Positions 1 to 8,397 of a stretch of DNA of 32,000 nucleotides are shown here, piece by piece. Each line of letters starts with the position of its first letter. The first letter of the stretch is position 1. A model generated the notes under the pieces. The model was not told where the DNA came from and did no database searches. It saw nothing but the letters and a program-made list of their open reading frames with translations. The stretch comes from Nitrosopumilus maritimus SCM1 (GTDB lineage: Archaea > Thermoproteota > Nitrososphaeria > Nitrososphaerales > Nitrosopumilaceae), in NCBI RefSeq assembly GCF_000018465.1, contig NC_010085.1, forward strand, positions 420,001 through 452,000, read 5' to 3'. Made by a program: the position numbers and the translations under genes.

Positions 1-73
1 GTGTTGGAACAACGTTCATTCCATCTAGTTTGAATTCCACTTCATACAAGTGAACTTTGGAGCATTCGCACAT
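1..73 (-). CDS. 5' end of a gene running off the left edge (hypothetical, partial)
   Basis: The minus-strand frame is open from the window edge up to nt 121. ATG at 73-71 (alternative TTG at 121-119) reads MCECSKVHLYEVEFKLDGMNVVPT... All three plus-strand frames hit stops within about 55 nt. The fragment is too short to assign a family. Confidence 0.25.
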   Translation of the reverse strand, partial: MCECSKVHLYEVEFKLDGMNVVPT

Positions 74-165
74 GTCTATCCAGTCTCTAAATTTTCCTCT
101 ATATTTGCTTATTTGAAGCAAGTTGAATAACGTTTAACTATCTCTTTTGATAATTTTTTTTAGAT

Positions 166-1641
166 TTGAATAAACTGTTAATTCTTCCAATTTTCATGAC
201 GGTATTTTTGGGTACTTTGATGATGCCTTCAGCTTTTGCACAATTTCAATCTGGAGGTGTAGATATGCCTGGAACATGGTATGTTGGTGAAGGCCTCAAA
301 CACGGCGATTATTTTTCTTACAATCTTTGTCATGTTGACTATAAGGAATGTGCTGAATTTGGTCTAGATATGTGGATTAAAGGAGATATTCAATCTGGCA
401 GTGAAACAAAGTGGTTAGCTGAAGTTGTTGTATATGATGGCAACAAAGTTGTTGTCGGTGAAATGGAATTAGGAAAGATTGCTCCTGAACCAACTGGTGG
501 AAGTGAAGAACTAGGTGTGTATAGAGGTGCATTCAAATCTTCAGTTGCATGGTTATCTGCATTTGCAACATCTGATTCTGGAACTAGTGGAAAAGGACCA
601 AAGGCATTTAGTGCAACTTCATGGGGAAAGATTGGAAACATTGGTGGAGAACAAGTACTTCCCATGAAGATTGAAACAATTACTATTTCATCTGGAACTT
701 GGGAAACTGTACAAATGGGATGGCGTACTGGTGGACAAACAAGCAAAGTTTGGATTGTAGATGAATTTCCATTTCCTGTAAAAGCCCATACGTTAACTCA
801 TGTTTCAGAGGGAATTCCTCCAGCTGAATACAAATTTGAATTACTAGATTACAAAGAAAACGTTTCAACAAGCCCTTTTTCAGGAATTGTATCTACTGTT
901 GACACTTTTTCAGAACAAGGATGTGATACTGATTTTGAACGAGATGTCACTATAAAAAAACCTACAAACAACTTTGATTATCAAATTCATGTATTCTATG
1001 GACCTGAAGAACCAGTACAAGGTTGTGAGATGCAATGGCTAATAAAATTTATCAGCAAATTTGACGATACTGAATTTTTGAACCAAGTCCAATTTGATTT
1101 TCTAGTAGTAGATGATAACTTGACTCCATTACGTTCAATGGCTCAAGATGAAGGAAGACAGTATCTCTACTCTCCATCTGGACAATACATTCTTGATATG
1201 GTAGTCCAAGAACCACCTGGCAAAGTAAACTATGTTATTTGGGTTTATGGATTAGCTCCTGAAGGAATAGTACCTGGTTCTGCTGCAGATTATTTACAAA
1301 TTCCTGTAACTGTTTTTGCCAGTGAAGGAAGTACTCCGGTAGTTTCTCCACCTTTTGAAACAACATCTCAGGAAATACCTGAATGGATTAAGAATAATGC
1401 AGGCTGGTGGGCAGAAGGTGCAATTGATGATGGTTCATTTGTTCAAGGAATTCAATTCTTAATCAAAGAAGGAATTATGCAAATTCCTCCAACTACACAA
1501 GGAACTAGTTCTTCTAATGAAATTCCCTCTTGGATAAAGCAAAATGCTGCATGGTGGGCAGAAGGTGCAATTGATGATGGTTCATTTGTTCAAGGAATCC
1601 AATTCTTAATCAAAGAAGGAATAATGAGTATCTCTTCTTAA
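166..1641 (+). CDS. Secreted protein of unknown function with two tandem C-terminal Trp-rich modules
   Basis: 491-aa ORF with a TTG start. The N-terminus MNKLLILPIFMTVFLGTLMMPSAFA-Q looks like a Sec signal peptide. The roughly 370-aa N-terminal domain is not recognised. The C-terminus carries two copies of EIPxWIKxNAxWWAEGAIDDGSFVQGIQFLIKEGIM. Confidence 0.85.
   Translation: MNKLLILPIFMTVFLGTLMMPSAFAQFQSGGVDMPGTWYVGEGLKHGDYFSYNLCHVDYKECAEFGLDMWIKGDIQSGSETKWLAEVVVYDGNKVVVGEMELGKIAPEPTGGSEELGVYRGAFKSSVAWLSAFATSDSGTSGKGPKAFSATSWGKIGNIGGEQVLPMKIETITISSGTWETVQMGWRTGGQTSKVWIVDEFPFPVKAHTLTHVSEGIPPAEYKFELLDYKENVSTSPFSGIVSTVDTFSEQGCDTDFERDVTIKKPTNNFDYQIHVFYGPEEPVQGCEMQWLIKFISKFDDTEFLNQVQFDFLVVDDNLTPLRSMAQDEGRQYLYSPSGQYILDMVVQEPPGKVNYVIWVYGLAPEGIVPGSAADYLQIPVTVFASEGSTPVVSPPFETTSQEIPEWIKNNAGWWAEGAIDDGSFVQGIQFLIKEGIMQIPPTTQGTSSSNEIPSWIKQNAAWWAEGAIDDGSFVQGIQFLIKEGIMSISS
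1372..1626 (+). repeat. Tandem duplication of a 36-codon module (copies 1372-1479 and 1519-1626) separated by a 13-codon linker
   Basis: Hand alignment gives 12 mismatches in 108 nt, only 2 of them in the last 75 nt (from TGGTGG onward). At protein level 33/36 residues are identical. Confidence 0.9.
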
Positions 1642-1687
1642 TTACCTACATTCAAATTGTGAATACTGGAAAAATTTTTGAAGAAAA

Positions 1688-2047
1688 ATGGTTGGTCTTT
1701 TCAAACATCCTAAACGAAAAATTAGAAAATTAACTGCACAAGGAAACTATGAAGATGCCATAAAATTAGGAAAAAGTTTGGAATCTGAATATTCTGATGA
1801 TTCTGACTTTATGTTCATCATGGGCAGTGTCTACTTTTTAGTAGATGAACCAAAAAATGCTCTGCCATATTTTGAAAAAGCTTTCCAACTAAATTCTGAT
1901 GACCTTGAGATGCTTAGACTCAAAACTAATGTCCACTTGGCTTTGGAGCAAAAATCTGAAGCCATTGATTGTTGTGAACACATTCTAAAAATTGATCCAA
2001 AAAATGATGAAGCCCATGATTTGCTTGATCAACTAGAAAGACTGTAA
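1688..2047 (+). CDS. Small TPR-repeat protein
   Basis: 119 aa with an ATG start. TPR-like helical repeats are visible (GNYEDAIKLGKSL..., ALPYFEKAFQLNSDD..., EAIDCCEHILKIDPKNDEA). Confidence 0.75.
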   Translation: MVGLFKHPKRKIRKLTAQGNYEDAIKLGKSLESEYSDDSDFMFIMGSVYFLVDEPKNALPYFEKAFQLNSDDLEMLRLKTNVHLALEQKSEAIDCCEHILKIDPKNDEAHDLLDQLERL

Positions 2048-2049
2048 AA

Positions 2050-2526
2050 TTATTTCTTTTTCATCTGGTATGCATTTTCCATTAACCAATCACAAAATGC
2101 TGTGACTTTATCATCAAACTCTGTCCAGATATGTACTGAATGAGGCAAAATGTCTATCTTCCAATTTTCTCCAAAGACTCGTACTCCCTCTTTATTCTCA
2201 TACATGTATGCATCTTCAGTCTGAACATTTCCTAAGAATTCTAATGCCTTTTGTTTGATTTGCTCTCTATCAATTGGAAATCTCTTTCTTTCATAATCTA
2301 CAATTAAACTCAAATCTCTTTTTCCATACATCTCAAACTCTTCAATTCTACCTTCTTTTGGAAAATTCACAACAAGTTTGATGTTGTACTTTTTTCCTAC
2401 CTCTTTTCCAATCTCTACAATTCTTGTATATCCCATTGCAGGATTCTTCTTTAAGAGAAATCTAATCTGTGCCAAGTCTTTTTTCAATGCATCTTGAAGG
2501 TCTGAAATTAATTCTGAAAATATCAT
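2050..2526 (-). CDS. Hypothetical protein (158 aa)
   Basis: Clean ORF with an ATG start and a TATA-like ATTATAATA about 30 nt upstream on the minus strand. No family recognised and no signal peptide or TM segment seen. Confidence 0.65.
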   Translation of the reverse strand: MIFSELISDLQDALKKDLAQIRFLLKKNPAMGYTRIVEIGKEVGKKYNIKLVVNFPKEGRIEEFEMYGKRDLSLIVDYERKRFPIDREQIKQKALEFLGNVQTEDAYMYENKEGVRVFGENWKIDILPHSVHIWTEFDDKVTAFCDWLMENAYQMKKK

Positions 2527-2608
2527 AATTACTTTGAAAAGAAATTCCTATTATAATCATTAATCTCCTCCCAGATTGGTTTTTTTAGAACTTTAATTGG
2601 CTTAGAGT

Positions 2609-3250
2609 ATGGCAATGCCAACTGATGACTCTATGAGGATTGATGATGAATCAGAACGAACAACTGATGTAAACTCGTATCAACGAACATGCATGGATTT
2701 CATTGAGGATATCTCTCATGATTATGAGGCTTGGGTTGATTATTACAAACTGCCTGAAGATGAAGACAAACGAAGAAGAGAAGGAATCCGTGCAACCATT
2801 AGCAAAACAAACACCTGGATTGCCAAAGTAGCAACTTCCATTCCTGCAATTGATGTTGTGATGAATGACGGTATTCAAAAGATGGCTGAATCCACTGCTG
2901 GAAAGCCATTGCAAATTGGAGTCTTTGTAAACAAAACTCCTAGTTATACTGAATCAAAGCCTGGTGTTATTGATGTAAATGTAAAGGCAAGTGGAAGAGA
3001 AGGAAGAAAAGTCAAGCTAGGATATCATTTCAAAGATGACCGATTTAGAATCGAGTCTACCTGTGGAGCATACATGGATGAAACAAATCTACCGCTAGAT
3101 GATTTTGATTTCATGGACATTCACCTAAAAATTCATGCAGAAAATGCAAAACAACGAGATGTCATTTCATTTACTGTAACTATCTATGAGATGGAAAATG
3201 ATGTTGAAATGGAAAAACGAGGACTCAGTACAATAATTCACATTGTTTGA
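2609..3250 (+). CDS. Hypothetical protein (213 aa), acidic N-terminus
   Basis: Clean ORF with an ATG start, divergent from 2050-2526. No family recognised. Confidence 0.65.
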   Translation: MAMPTDDSMRIDDESERTTDVNSYQRTCMDFIEDISHDYEAWVDYYKLPEDEDKRRREGIRATISKTNTWIAKVATSIPAIDVVMNDGIQKMAESTAGKPLQIGVFVNKTPSYTESKPGVIDVNVKASGREGRKVKLGYHFKDDRFRIESTCGAYMDETNLPLDDFDFMDIHLKIHAENAKQRDVISFTVTIYEMENDVEMEKRGLSTIIHIV

Positions 3251-3258
3251 TTTGAAAT

Positions 3259-5484
3259 TTATCTAACAGGTTCTACTTCCATCATTGGTTCTTCTAAATA
3301 ATCAATAAACTTGCCAGTGTTTTCAAGTTTGATTGTGTTGATTTCTTCTAGATTCTCAAATGAATTCATCTTTAGATATCCTTGAGATGCTGTATACAAT
3401 ACATCGTCAATGTAGAATGTTCTTGCATCTCCCATTCCATAGTATCTGGAGTCACTATCTGAATGTGTGATTGTTCCTTTAATGGAGAATCCATTTGTAC
3501 TATCAACATCAAATACATAGAATCCACTCCAACGGTTGTATTCTGGTGCAAACATCTTTGATGTAATGTGCTCTAATCTATCTGAATCTCCACTTATTGG
3601 AATTGATAATACATTTCTTGATTTGTCAAAGAAGAATGCCTTGTGATTGTATTGTGCTTCAGAATGGCTTGATCTGTCTCCAATTACAAAGTCATCTAAC
3701 ACTTTGGGGTTGCTCACATCTGCCACATTGAATAATGCAACCTTTACTCCCAATTGTTGAACTCTGTCATTTTCATCTACTTTGGTATCTCGTCCAATTC
3801 CAATTACATGATCCTCATCAAATGGATGCAAATAATTTGAGAATCCTGGTATCTTTAATTCTCCCAAAATCTTTGGTGTATCCTTTGATAGATCAATTAC
3901 AAAGAATGGGTCGATTTGCTCAAATGTTACCAAATAGAGCCTGTCTCCCATGAATCTTGATGAGAAAATACTCTCATCAGGTGCAATGTCTTCTAGTTCT
4001 CCTACTATGTTGAGTTGTTCATCTAGGACATATACTGCATTTGAGCGGATTGTTCCTTCATGTTGAATGTAATACTCTATTGTTGTCGCAACTCTGAATC
4101 TATCTCCTGATTCATCCATTGAGAATTGGTTTAGTAATCTACCTGGTACTGTTCCCTTTGCAACATATTCTATTTTATCTTCATCAATTGAAATTTTGTG
4201 AATGATTGTCTTTCTATTTTCTTCTTGAATCTTTGCATCATACTCATTTAGTGCTTCTCTAATCTTTTCAAACAATTCTTCCTTGTCTGTTTTGCTCATT
4301 TCATTGTAGGAATTTTGCATCAATTCTGAAATCTTTACCCATTGTTCAGATGAATTCAATGAAGAATCATTTTGGATGCTCTTTATTTCATCTTGGATGT
4401 CATTTGGAAGTAATGGAACTATTACATCGTAGAATCTATCGCGTGATGAATTCTCATAATATCCAAATGGCATGTTTTGCTGATAAGTCAAGTAGAAATT
4501 ATTCTCAGATACGTAAAATGTTCCTGAATAACCCATCAAGAAGGTTTCAGAGTTTATTGTATCTCCAAATATGTCAATTGCAGTTAGTGTGTTAAAGTTT
4601 GAAAACTCTTCAACATTGTCAAAATAAAATGCGTCTGGAGTCATAATTCTAACAGAATCCTCCATTATTATTGGAAGTCTGGGATTCTGGTGGTTGATGT
4701 GATTATTTGTAACAAAGTATGCATAATCTCCAATCATTCTGGCATCTCTAAAATGGCCATCAATAGAGTAATCTTTGAGAATGGTTGGATTTTCCTTGTC
4801 AGACACATCTACAATTAATGCGTGAGTGACTGGATTGTATGATGGTCTTGGAATAAAGTCAAACTGTGGGATTATCTCCTCATCACTTTGTCCATTGTAA
4901 AATATCACTAGTCTGTCTTTATTGAGGAACATGTTTTGGATGTACTGTGATTCAATGTCTAATGCAATTTTTAGAATTAATCTTGCATCTTCAGCTGGAT
5001 ATGCATCAATTATTGATAATGTGTTTCTTGAAACAATGTATACATATTTTGAATCATTTTTCAGATAGTCTGGCTCATCTACATTTTCTACTTGAACATT
5101 AGTTGTTGAATAATCTGATCCTCCGTCATCACTTTTGAATTCTGCTTGTGGTGCTGATACTGCAACAGATTCTACACTATCAAACATTGCAGATTCTGCT
5201 ACTACCATAGTTCTGATGGATCTTGTATCATAAAATCCCCCACCAAACAATGATGATGCCTCAAGAATTGATACTAGTTCTTCTTGTGATGATATTTGTT
5301 TGATGTCGTTTGTTCCTTCAAAAAACTCTGAAGCTGATTTGTCTACATAGACAATTTCAGGAGTTGGAACTTCTACAATCTGTGGTTCTTGTTCAAAACC
5401 AATTGCATACATTATTCCTGCTGTTACTATTACCGAAATGGCTACTGCAATTGGGATTATTATTTTTGAACTCAATTTTATCAT
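3259..5484 (-). CDS. Membrane-anchored extracellular beta-propeller domain protein (COG4880-type)
   Basis: 741 aa with an N-terminal TM anchor (IIIPIAVAISVIVTAGIMYAIGF). The C-terminal half has the pattern I associate with this family: RFMGDRLYLVTFEQIDPFFVIDLSKDTPKILGELKIPGFSNYLHPFDEDHVIGIG ... ALFNVADVSNPK. Confidence 0.8.
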   Translation of the reverse strand: MIKLSSKIIIPIAVAISVIVTAGIMYAIGFEQEPQIVEVPTPEIVYVDKSASEFFEGTNDIKQISSQEELVSILEASSLFGGGFYDTRSIRTMVVAESAMFDSVESVAVSAPQAEFKSDDGGSDYSTTNVQVENVDEPDYLKNDSKYVYIVSRNTLSIIDAYPAEDARLILKIALDIESQYIQNMFLNKDRLVIFYNGQSDEEIIPQFDFIPRPSYNPVTHALIVDVSDKENPTILKDYSIDGHFRDARMIGDYAYFVTNNHINHQNPRLPIIMEDSVRIMTPDAFYFDNVEEFSNFNTLTAIDIFGDTINSETFLMGYSGTFYVSENNFYLTYQQNMPFGYYENSSRDRFYDVIVPLLPNDIQDEIKSIQNDSSLNSSEQWVKISELMQNSYNEMSKTDKEELFEKIREALNEYDAKIQEENRKTIIHKISIDEDKIEYVAKGTVPGRLLNQFSMDESGDRFRVATTIEYYIQHEGTIRSNAVYVLDEQLNIVGELEDIAPDESIFSSRFMGDRLYLVTFEQIDPFFVIDLSKDTPKILGELKIPGFSNYLHPFDEDHVIGIGRDTKVDENDRVQQLGVKVALFNVADVSNPKVLDDFVIGDRSSHSEAQYNHKAFFFDKSRNVLSIPISGDSDRLEHITSKMFAPEYNRWSGFYVFDVDSTNGFSIKGTITHSDSDSRYYGMGDARTFYIDDVLYTASQGYLKMNSFENLEEINTIKLENTGKFIDYLEEPMMEVEPVR

Positions 5485-5603
5485 CTTTTTTGTTTTATCA
5501 GTTTTAGTGATTACTATTCTTTGGTAGTTTGGGATAAAAGGATTAGTGAAATTGAGATTTTACCAAACAACTTACATATTCAAGATTCTCATAATCAATC
5601 TTA

Positions 5604-6323
5604 ATGTCTGCTGAAAATCCAGATGACGTACTAACTGAAAAAATCAAAATTCTAGCCACCGATGATGAGAAAATAAAGTCATTTGGAGAGCTTTTTACGA
5701 ATGATTCTAGTCGTGAAATCTTACAGTTATTGTTCAACGAAGAGATGACTGCAAATCAGATTGCACAAAAGACAGACATCTCACTTCAACTAGTAAAATA
5801 CCATCTCAACAAATTGCAGGATTTAGGAGTTGTAAAGATTTCAAAAGTTGAAAAGAATTCAAAATCTCAAGACATGAAAGTTTACTCTGCAACAAAATTC
5901 AGTATTGTCATCGTTCCTCCAAAACTGTCTGAAAAAACTAAAGAAAGCAAACTTTTGGTTCGTTCATTTAGACATATCTACAAAGTTGCAGGACTTGCTA
6001 TTGCAACCGGCATTTCAGGGATGTTCTCTTTATCTCAAATTCAAAACAAACCCATTCCAGTTCAAAGTGCAAGACAATTTGCAGCAGTTAAAGAACCATC
6101 AATGCGTATGGAATCATTTGACGAATCTGCAGAATCCTTTGTTACATCTGCTCCTAATCTTAATACTGAATCTGAAGATCTTTCAGCAGGTATGGAAATT
6201 ACTGAAAAAGCAATTGATTCAGGTGTTTCTGGAATTGATTTGTCTATACCTTTTGTAATAATTACAATAATCTTGGGTGGACTAACATTGTATTATTTTC
6301 TCAAATCAAGAAAAAACATTTAA
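5604..6323 (+). CDS. Membrane-tethered ArsR/winged-helix family transcription regulator
   Basis: 239 aa. An N-terminal wHTH is visible (SSREILQLLFNEEMTANQIAQKTDISLQLVKYHLNKLQDLGVV). Two hydrophobic segments follow (about aa 127-146 and 214-233), flanking an acidic, Ser-rich stretch. Confidence 0.75.
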   Translation: MSAENPDDVLTEKIKILATDDEKIKSFGELFTNDSSREILQLLFNEEMTANQIAQKTDISLQLVKYHLNKLQDLGVVKISKVEKNSKSQDMKVYSATKFSIVIVPPKLSEKTKESKLLVRSFRHIYKVAGLAIATGISGMFSLSQIQNKPIPVQSARQFAAVKEPSMRMESFDESAESFVTSAPNLNTESEDLSAGMEITEKAIDSGVSGIDLSIPFVIITIILGGLTLYYFLKSRKNI

Positions 6324-6637
6324 TCTAATGTTACTTCAATTGTAACTCTTTTTTCTTTTGCTCTTTCTTCTCCAGGATACTTTAATTCTGAAATTTTTTT
6401 ATTCAACTCTTCATCTTCTACAAGTTTTGCATGTCCTGTGAAAACTGTACCATTATACTGAACTTTTACTTGAGAATTTATGATGGCATTTTGAAACCAG
6501 TCTCCATCAGGTCTATGTCTTGAAAAATAGATTTTTCCATTGTGGTTTACTGCTCTAAGCATTACGCTGTGTTCCTTTCCTGTCTTTCTTCCCTTTGTAA
6601 CTAAGATTGGTCGAAACAATTCTTCTGAAATCTTCAT
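6320..6637 (-). CDS. Small split-barrel protein resembling deazaflavin (F420)-dependent nitroreductase / PNPOx-like family
   Basis: 105 aa. PILVTKGRKTGKEHSVML...NGKIYFSRHRPDGDWFQNAIINSQVKVQYNG resembles the TTGRKSGK...WYxNLxANPxVxV pattern of the DDN/DUF385-type family. The family call is by eye only. Confidence 0.5.
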   Translation of the reverse strand: MKISEELFRPILVTKGRKTGKEHSVMLRAVNHNGKIYFSRHRPDGDWFQNAIINSQVKVQYNGTVFTGHAKLVEDEELNKKISELKYPGEERAKEKRVTIEVTLD

Positions 6638-6725
6638 GCGTAATTTTCTTCTGTCAAGTAATTTAACCCCATTGATAGAAATTTCTGATATCGAGTCTGA
6701 TAAGCAAATCTCATCATTTCAAACC

Positions 6726-7178
6726 ATGTCAGTAAAACTAGAAGGCATGCCATCAAACTTGGCTACTGCAGATACCTTTACTGGAAAAAAAGTCATAGAC
6801 AGAGAAGGAATAGAGTACGGTAAAGTCAAACATATTCACATCAATCAAGACACACTTATCGTATCTGGCGTTACAATCCACCAGGGATTTAACAAGGATT
6901 ACTTTCTCTCAGATGATTACATTGACAAATTCTCTGAAGAGACACTACTTCTTAGTAGACCTCCTGTAAGAACAGGAATTCCTGTAACTGATATTGACCA
7001 AAATAAAATTGGTAAGGTAAAGAGACTGCATAGACATCCTGATACCAATGAGCTAGAATCAATTGAAGTATCAGATGGATTGATGCATTCCAAGATTCTA
7101 TCCAAATCAGAAATTTGGGGAATTGGAGAAAAAGTCATTTTAAGAATGACCAAAGAAGAATTCAAGAATCTTGAATGA
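6726..7178 (+). CDS. PRC-barrel domain protein (two PRC-like halves)
   Basis: The ORF track starts at 6540, but that extension overlaps the convergent gene 6320-6637. The first ATG that avoids the overlap is 6726 (MSVKLEGM...). Motifs GKKVIDREGIEYGKVKHIHI and VTDIDQNKIGKVKRLHRHPDTNELESIEVSDG are typical of PRC barrels. Confidence 0.7.
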   Translation: MSVKLEGMPSNLATADTFTGKKVIDREGIEYGKVKHIHINQDTLIVSGVTIHQGFNKDYFLSDDYIDKFSEETLLLSRPPVRTGIPVTDIDQNKIGKVKRLHRHPDTNELESIEVSDGLMHSKILSKSEIWGIGEKVILRMTKEEFKNLE

Positions 7179-7181
7179 TTC

Positions 7182-7200
7182 TTTTTTTAATTTCTTTTTT
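7182..7200. terminator. Oligo-T tracts between convergent genes (candidate archaeal terminator)
   Basis: The sequence CTTTTTTTAATTTCTTTTTT lies directly after the TGA at 7176-7178 and next to the stop of the minus-strand micro-ORF at 7212. Confidence 0.35.
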
Positions 7201-7211
7201 CAAAAATTCAC

Positions 7212-7310
7212 TTATTCTGTTTTCTTAGCACAGCTCTCACAAACAGGAATTCCTTCCATTACTGTAACCTCAACATTTGATGAGTGACATTTCTGACATA
7301 ATCCTTTCAT
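7212..7310 (-). CDS. 32-aa zinc-ribbon micro-protein (CxxC-x15-CxxC)
   Basis: Not in the ORF track because it is below the size cutoff. The reverse complement reads ATG AAA GGA TTA TGT CAG AAA TGT ... TAA = MKGLCQKCHSSNVEVTVMEGIPVCESCAKKTE. A TATA-like AAATTTAA is centred about 26 nt upstream. Confidence 0.5.
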   Translation of the reverse strand: MKGLCQKCHSSNVEVTVMEGIPVCESCAKKTE

Positions 7311-7332
7311 AAAAAAACTCTAAAATTACTCC

Positions 7333-7340
7333 TTAAATTT
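7333..7340 (-). promoter_or_regulatory. TATA-like box for the zinc-ribbon micro-ORF
   Basis: AAATTTAA (minus strand) is centred about 26 nt upstream of the ATG at 7310, consistent with a leaderless archaeal transcript. Confidence 0.35.
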
Positions 7341-7369
7341 TTTTATGGTTTGAAATCAGATCCTTAGCA

Positions 7370-7377
7370 ATTTATAA
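7370..7377 (+). promoter_or_regulatory. TATA-like box for the ABC transporter operon
   Basis: ATTTATAA is centred about 22-26 nt upstream of the in-frame GTG (7396) and TTG (7399). It abuts the TTG at 7378 used by the ORF track, which argues against 7378 as the start. Confidence 0.4.
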
Positions 7378-7395
7378 TTGAAAAATGCGATCTAT

Positions 7396-8397
7396 GTGTT
7401 GTATTCAATTGAAACAAAATCTCTAACAAAATCATTTGGTGATGTTACTGCAGTAGACGATGTTTCCTTTACTGTTGAAAGCGGTGAGATCTTTGGATTT
7501 CTTGGACCTAATGGTGCTGGAAAAAGTACAACAATGATGATTCTAACAACTTTACTAAAACCAACATCAGGACAAGCTTTGATTTCTGGGTATGATGTAA
7601 TGGCAAATCCAAAAAATGTTCGTCAAAACATTGGATATGTCCAACAAGAAACTACTGTTGATGAATATCTTACAGGGCGTGAAAATCTTATCCTACAAGC
7701 AAAACTCAATCATATTCCAAAAAATGAGATTGATTCAAGAATTGATGAAGTTTTAGATTTAATTGAATTATCTGATAAACAAAACGAGTCAGTTGTAACC
7801 TACTCTGGTGGAATGAGAAAAAGATTGGATATTGCAGGTGGGCTATTACACCGTCCCAAGGTTTTGTTTTTAGATGAGCCTACTGTTGGCCTTGATATTC
7901 AAACGAGGAGAAAAATTTGGGAGTATATCAAAAGGATTCATGATGAGTTTGAGATGACAATATTCCTTTCAACTCACTATATGGAAGAGGCTGATCAACT
8001 ATGTGATAGAATTGGAATTATTGATGGTGGAAAAATCCAAGTAATTGATTCTCCTAAAAACATGAAAAATGCTATGGGAAATGAAGTCATTTCAATTGTA
8101 ATTGAAGAGAGTGACTCTGGAGATTCTTTCTTATCTGAACTACACAAAATAGAATCTGTAAACAAAATCAATGAAGATGATTCAAAACTTACTCTCTTTG
8201 TCTCAAATGGAACTGAAGTAATTCCCAAAGTCTTTCAGATTTCATCAAACATTGGAATCAAAATTACTTCTATCTCGTTGACTCAACCAACACTTGATGA
8301 CGTCTTTATCTCTTACACTGGACATGAAATTCGAGATGATGATGGAACTTTTAATCGAAAACGAGAACATGCAAAAATGAAGAGGTTACGTGCATGA
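7396..8397 (+). CDS. ABC transporter ATP-binding protein (ABC-2 / DrrA-like exporter ATPase)
   Basis: Walker A GPNGAGKST, signature YSGGMRKRL, Walker B VLFLDEPTVGLD and H-loop STHYMEEA are all present. A C-terminal extra domain of about 100 aa follows, as in DrrA-like ATPases. Start is uncertain: 7378 TTG (ORF track), 7396 GTG (preferred) or 7399 TTG. Confidence 0.9.
   Translation: MLYSIETKSLTKSFGDVTAVDDVSFTVESGEIFGFLGPNGAGKSTTMMILTTLLKPTSGQALISGYDVMANPKNVRQNIGYVQQETTVDEYLTGRENLILQAKLNHIPKNEIDSRIDEVLDLIELSDKQNESVVTYSGGMRKRLDIAGGLLHRPKVLFLDEPTVGLDIQTRRKIWEYIKRIHDEFEMTIFLSTHYMEEADQLCDRIGIIDGGKIQVIDSPKNMKNAMGNEVISIVIEESDSGDSFLSELHKIESVNKINEDDSKLTLFVSNGTEVIPKVFQISSNIGIKITSISLTQPTLDDVFISYTGHEIRDDDGTFNRKREHAKMKRLRA

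Noticed and set aside
390-871. Minus-strand ORFs 390-746 and 683-871. The same class includes 2651-2914, 3735-3953, 4350-4595, 7995-8228, 8900-9103, 13169-13703, 15228-15611, 20627-20848, 21468-21728, 22223-22636, 22918-23262, 25212-25819, 28139-28730, 29140-29415 and 30117-31093.
   Set aside because: All lie antisense or out of frame inside long ORFs that have strong family motifs or signal peptides. Their products are low-complexity or Cys/Ser/Leu-rich, typical of shadow frames in A/T-rich DNA. None has independent promoter or terminator context.
5905-6258. 117-aa alternative-frame ORF on the plus strand inside the wHTH-TM gene; also 5543-5737 on the minus strand.
   Set aside because: Both are nested in or overlap the better-supported 5604-6323 frame, which has a recognisable HTH and TM segments. 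There is no supporting motif for either.
6540-6725. 5' extension of the PRC-barrel ORF as given in the ORF track (start 6540).
   Set aside because: The extension overlaps the convergent gene 6320-6637 by about 100 nt, and its translation (MWFTALSITLCSFPVFLPF...) looks like antisense noise. The first ATG that avoids the overlap (6726) gives a sensible PRC-barrel N-terminus.
7279-7300. C/D-box-sRNA-like elements: TGATGA followed 9 nt later by CTGA. A similar GTGATGA at 19790-19796 has a CTGA about 50 nt downstream.
   Set aside because: No matching C' or D' box pair and no terminal stem could be found. The first lies inside the zinc-ribbon micro-ORF, and the second spans the arsC start codon. 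These short motifs are expected by chance.
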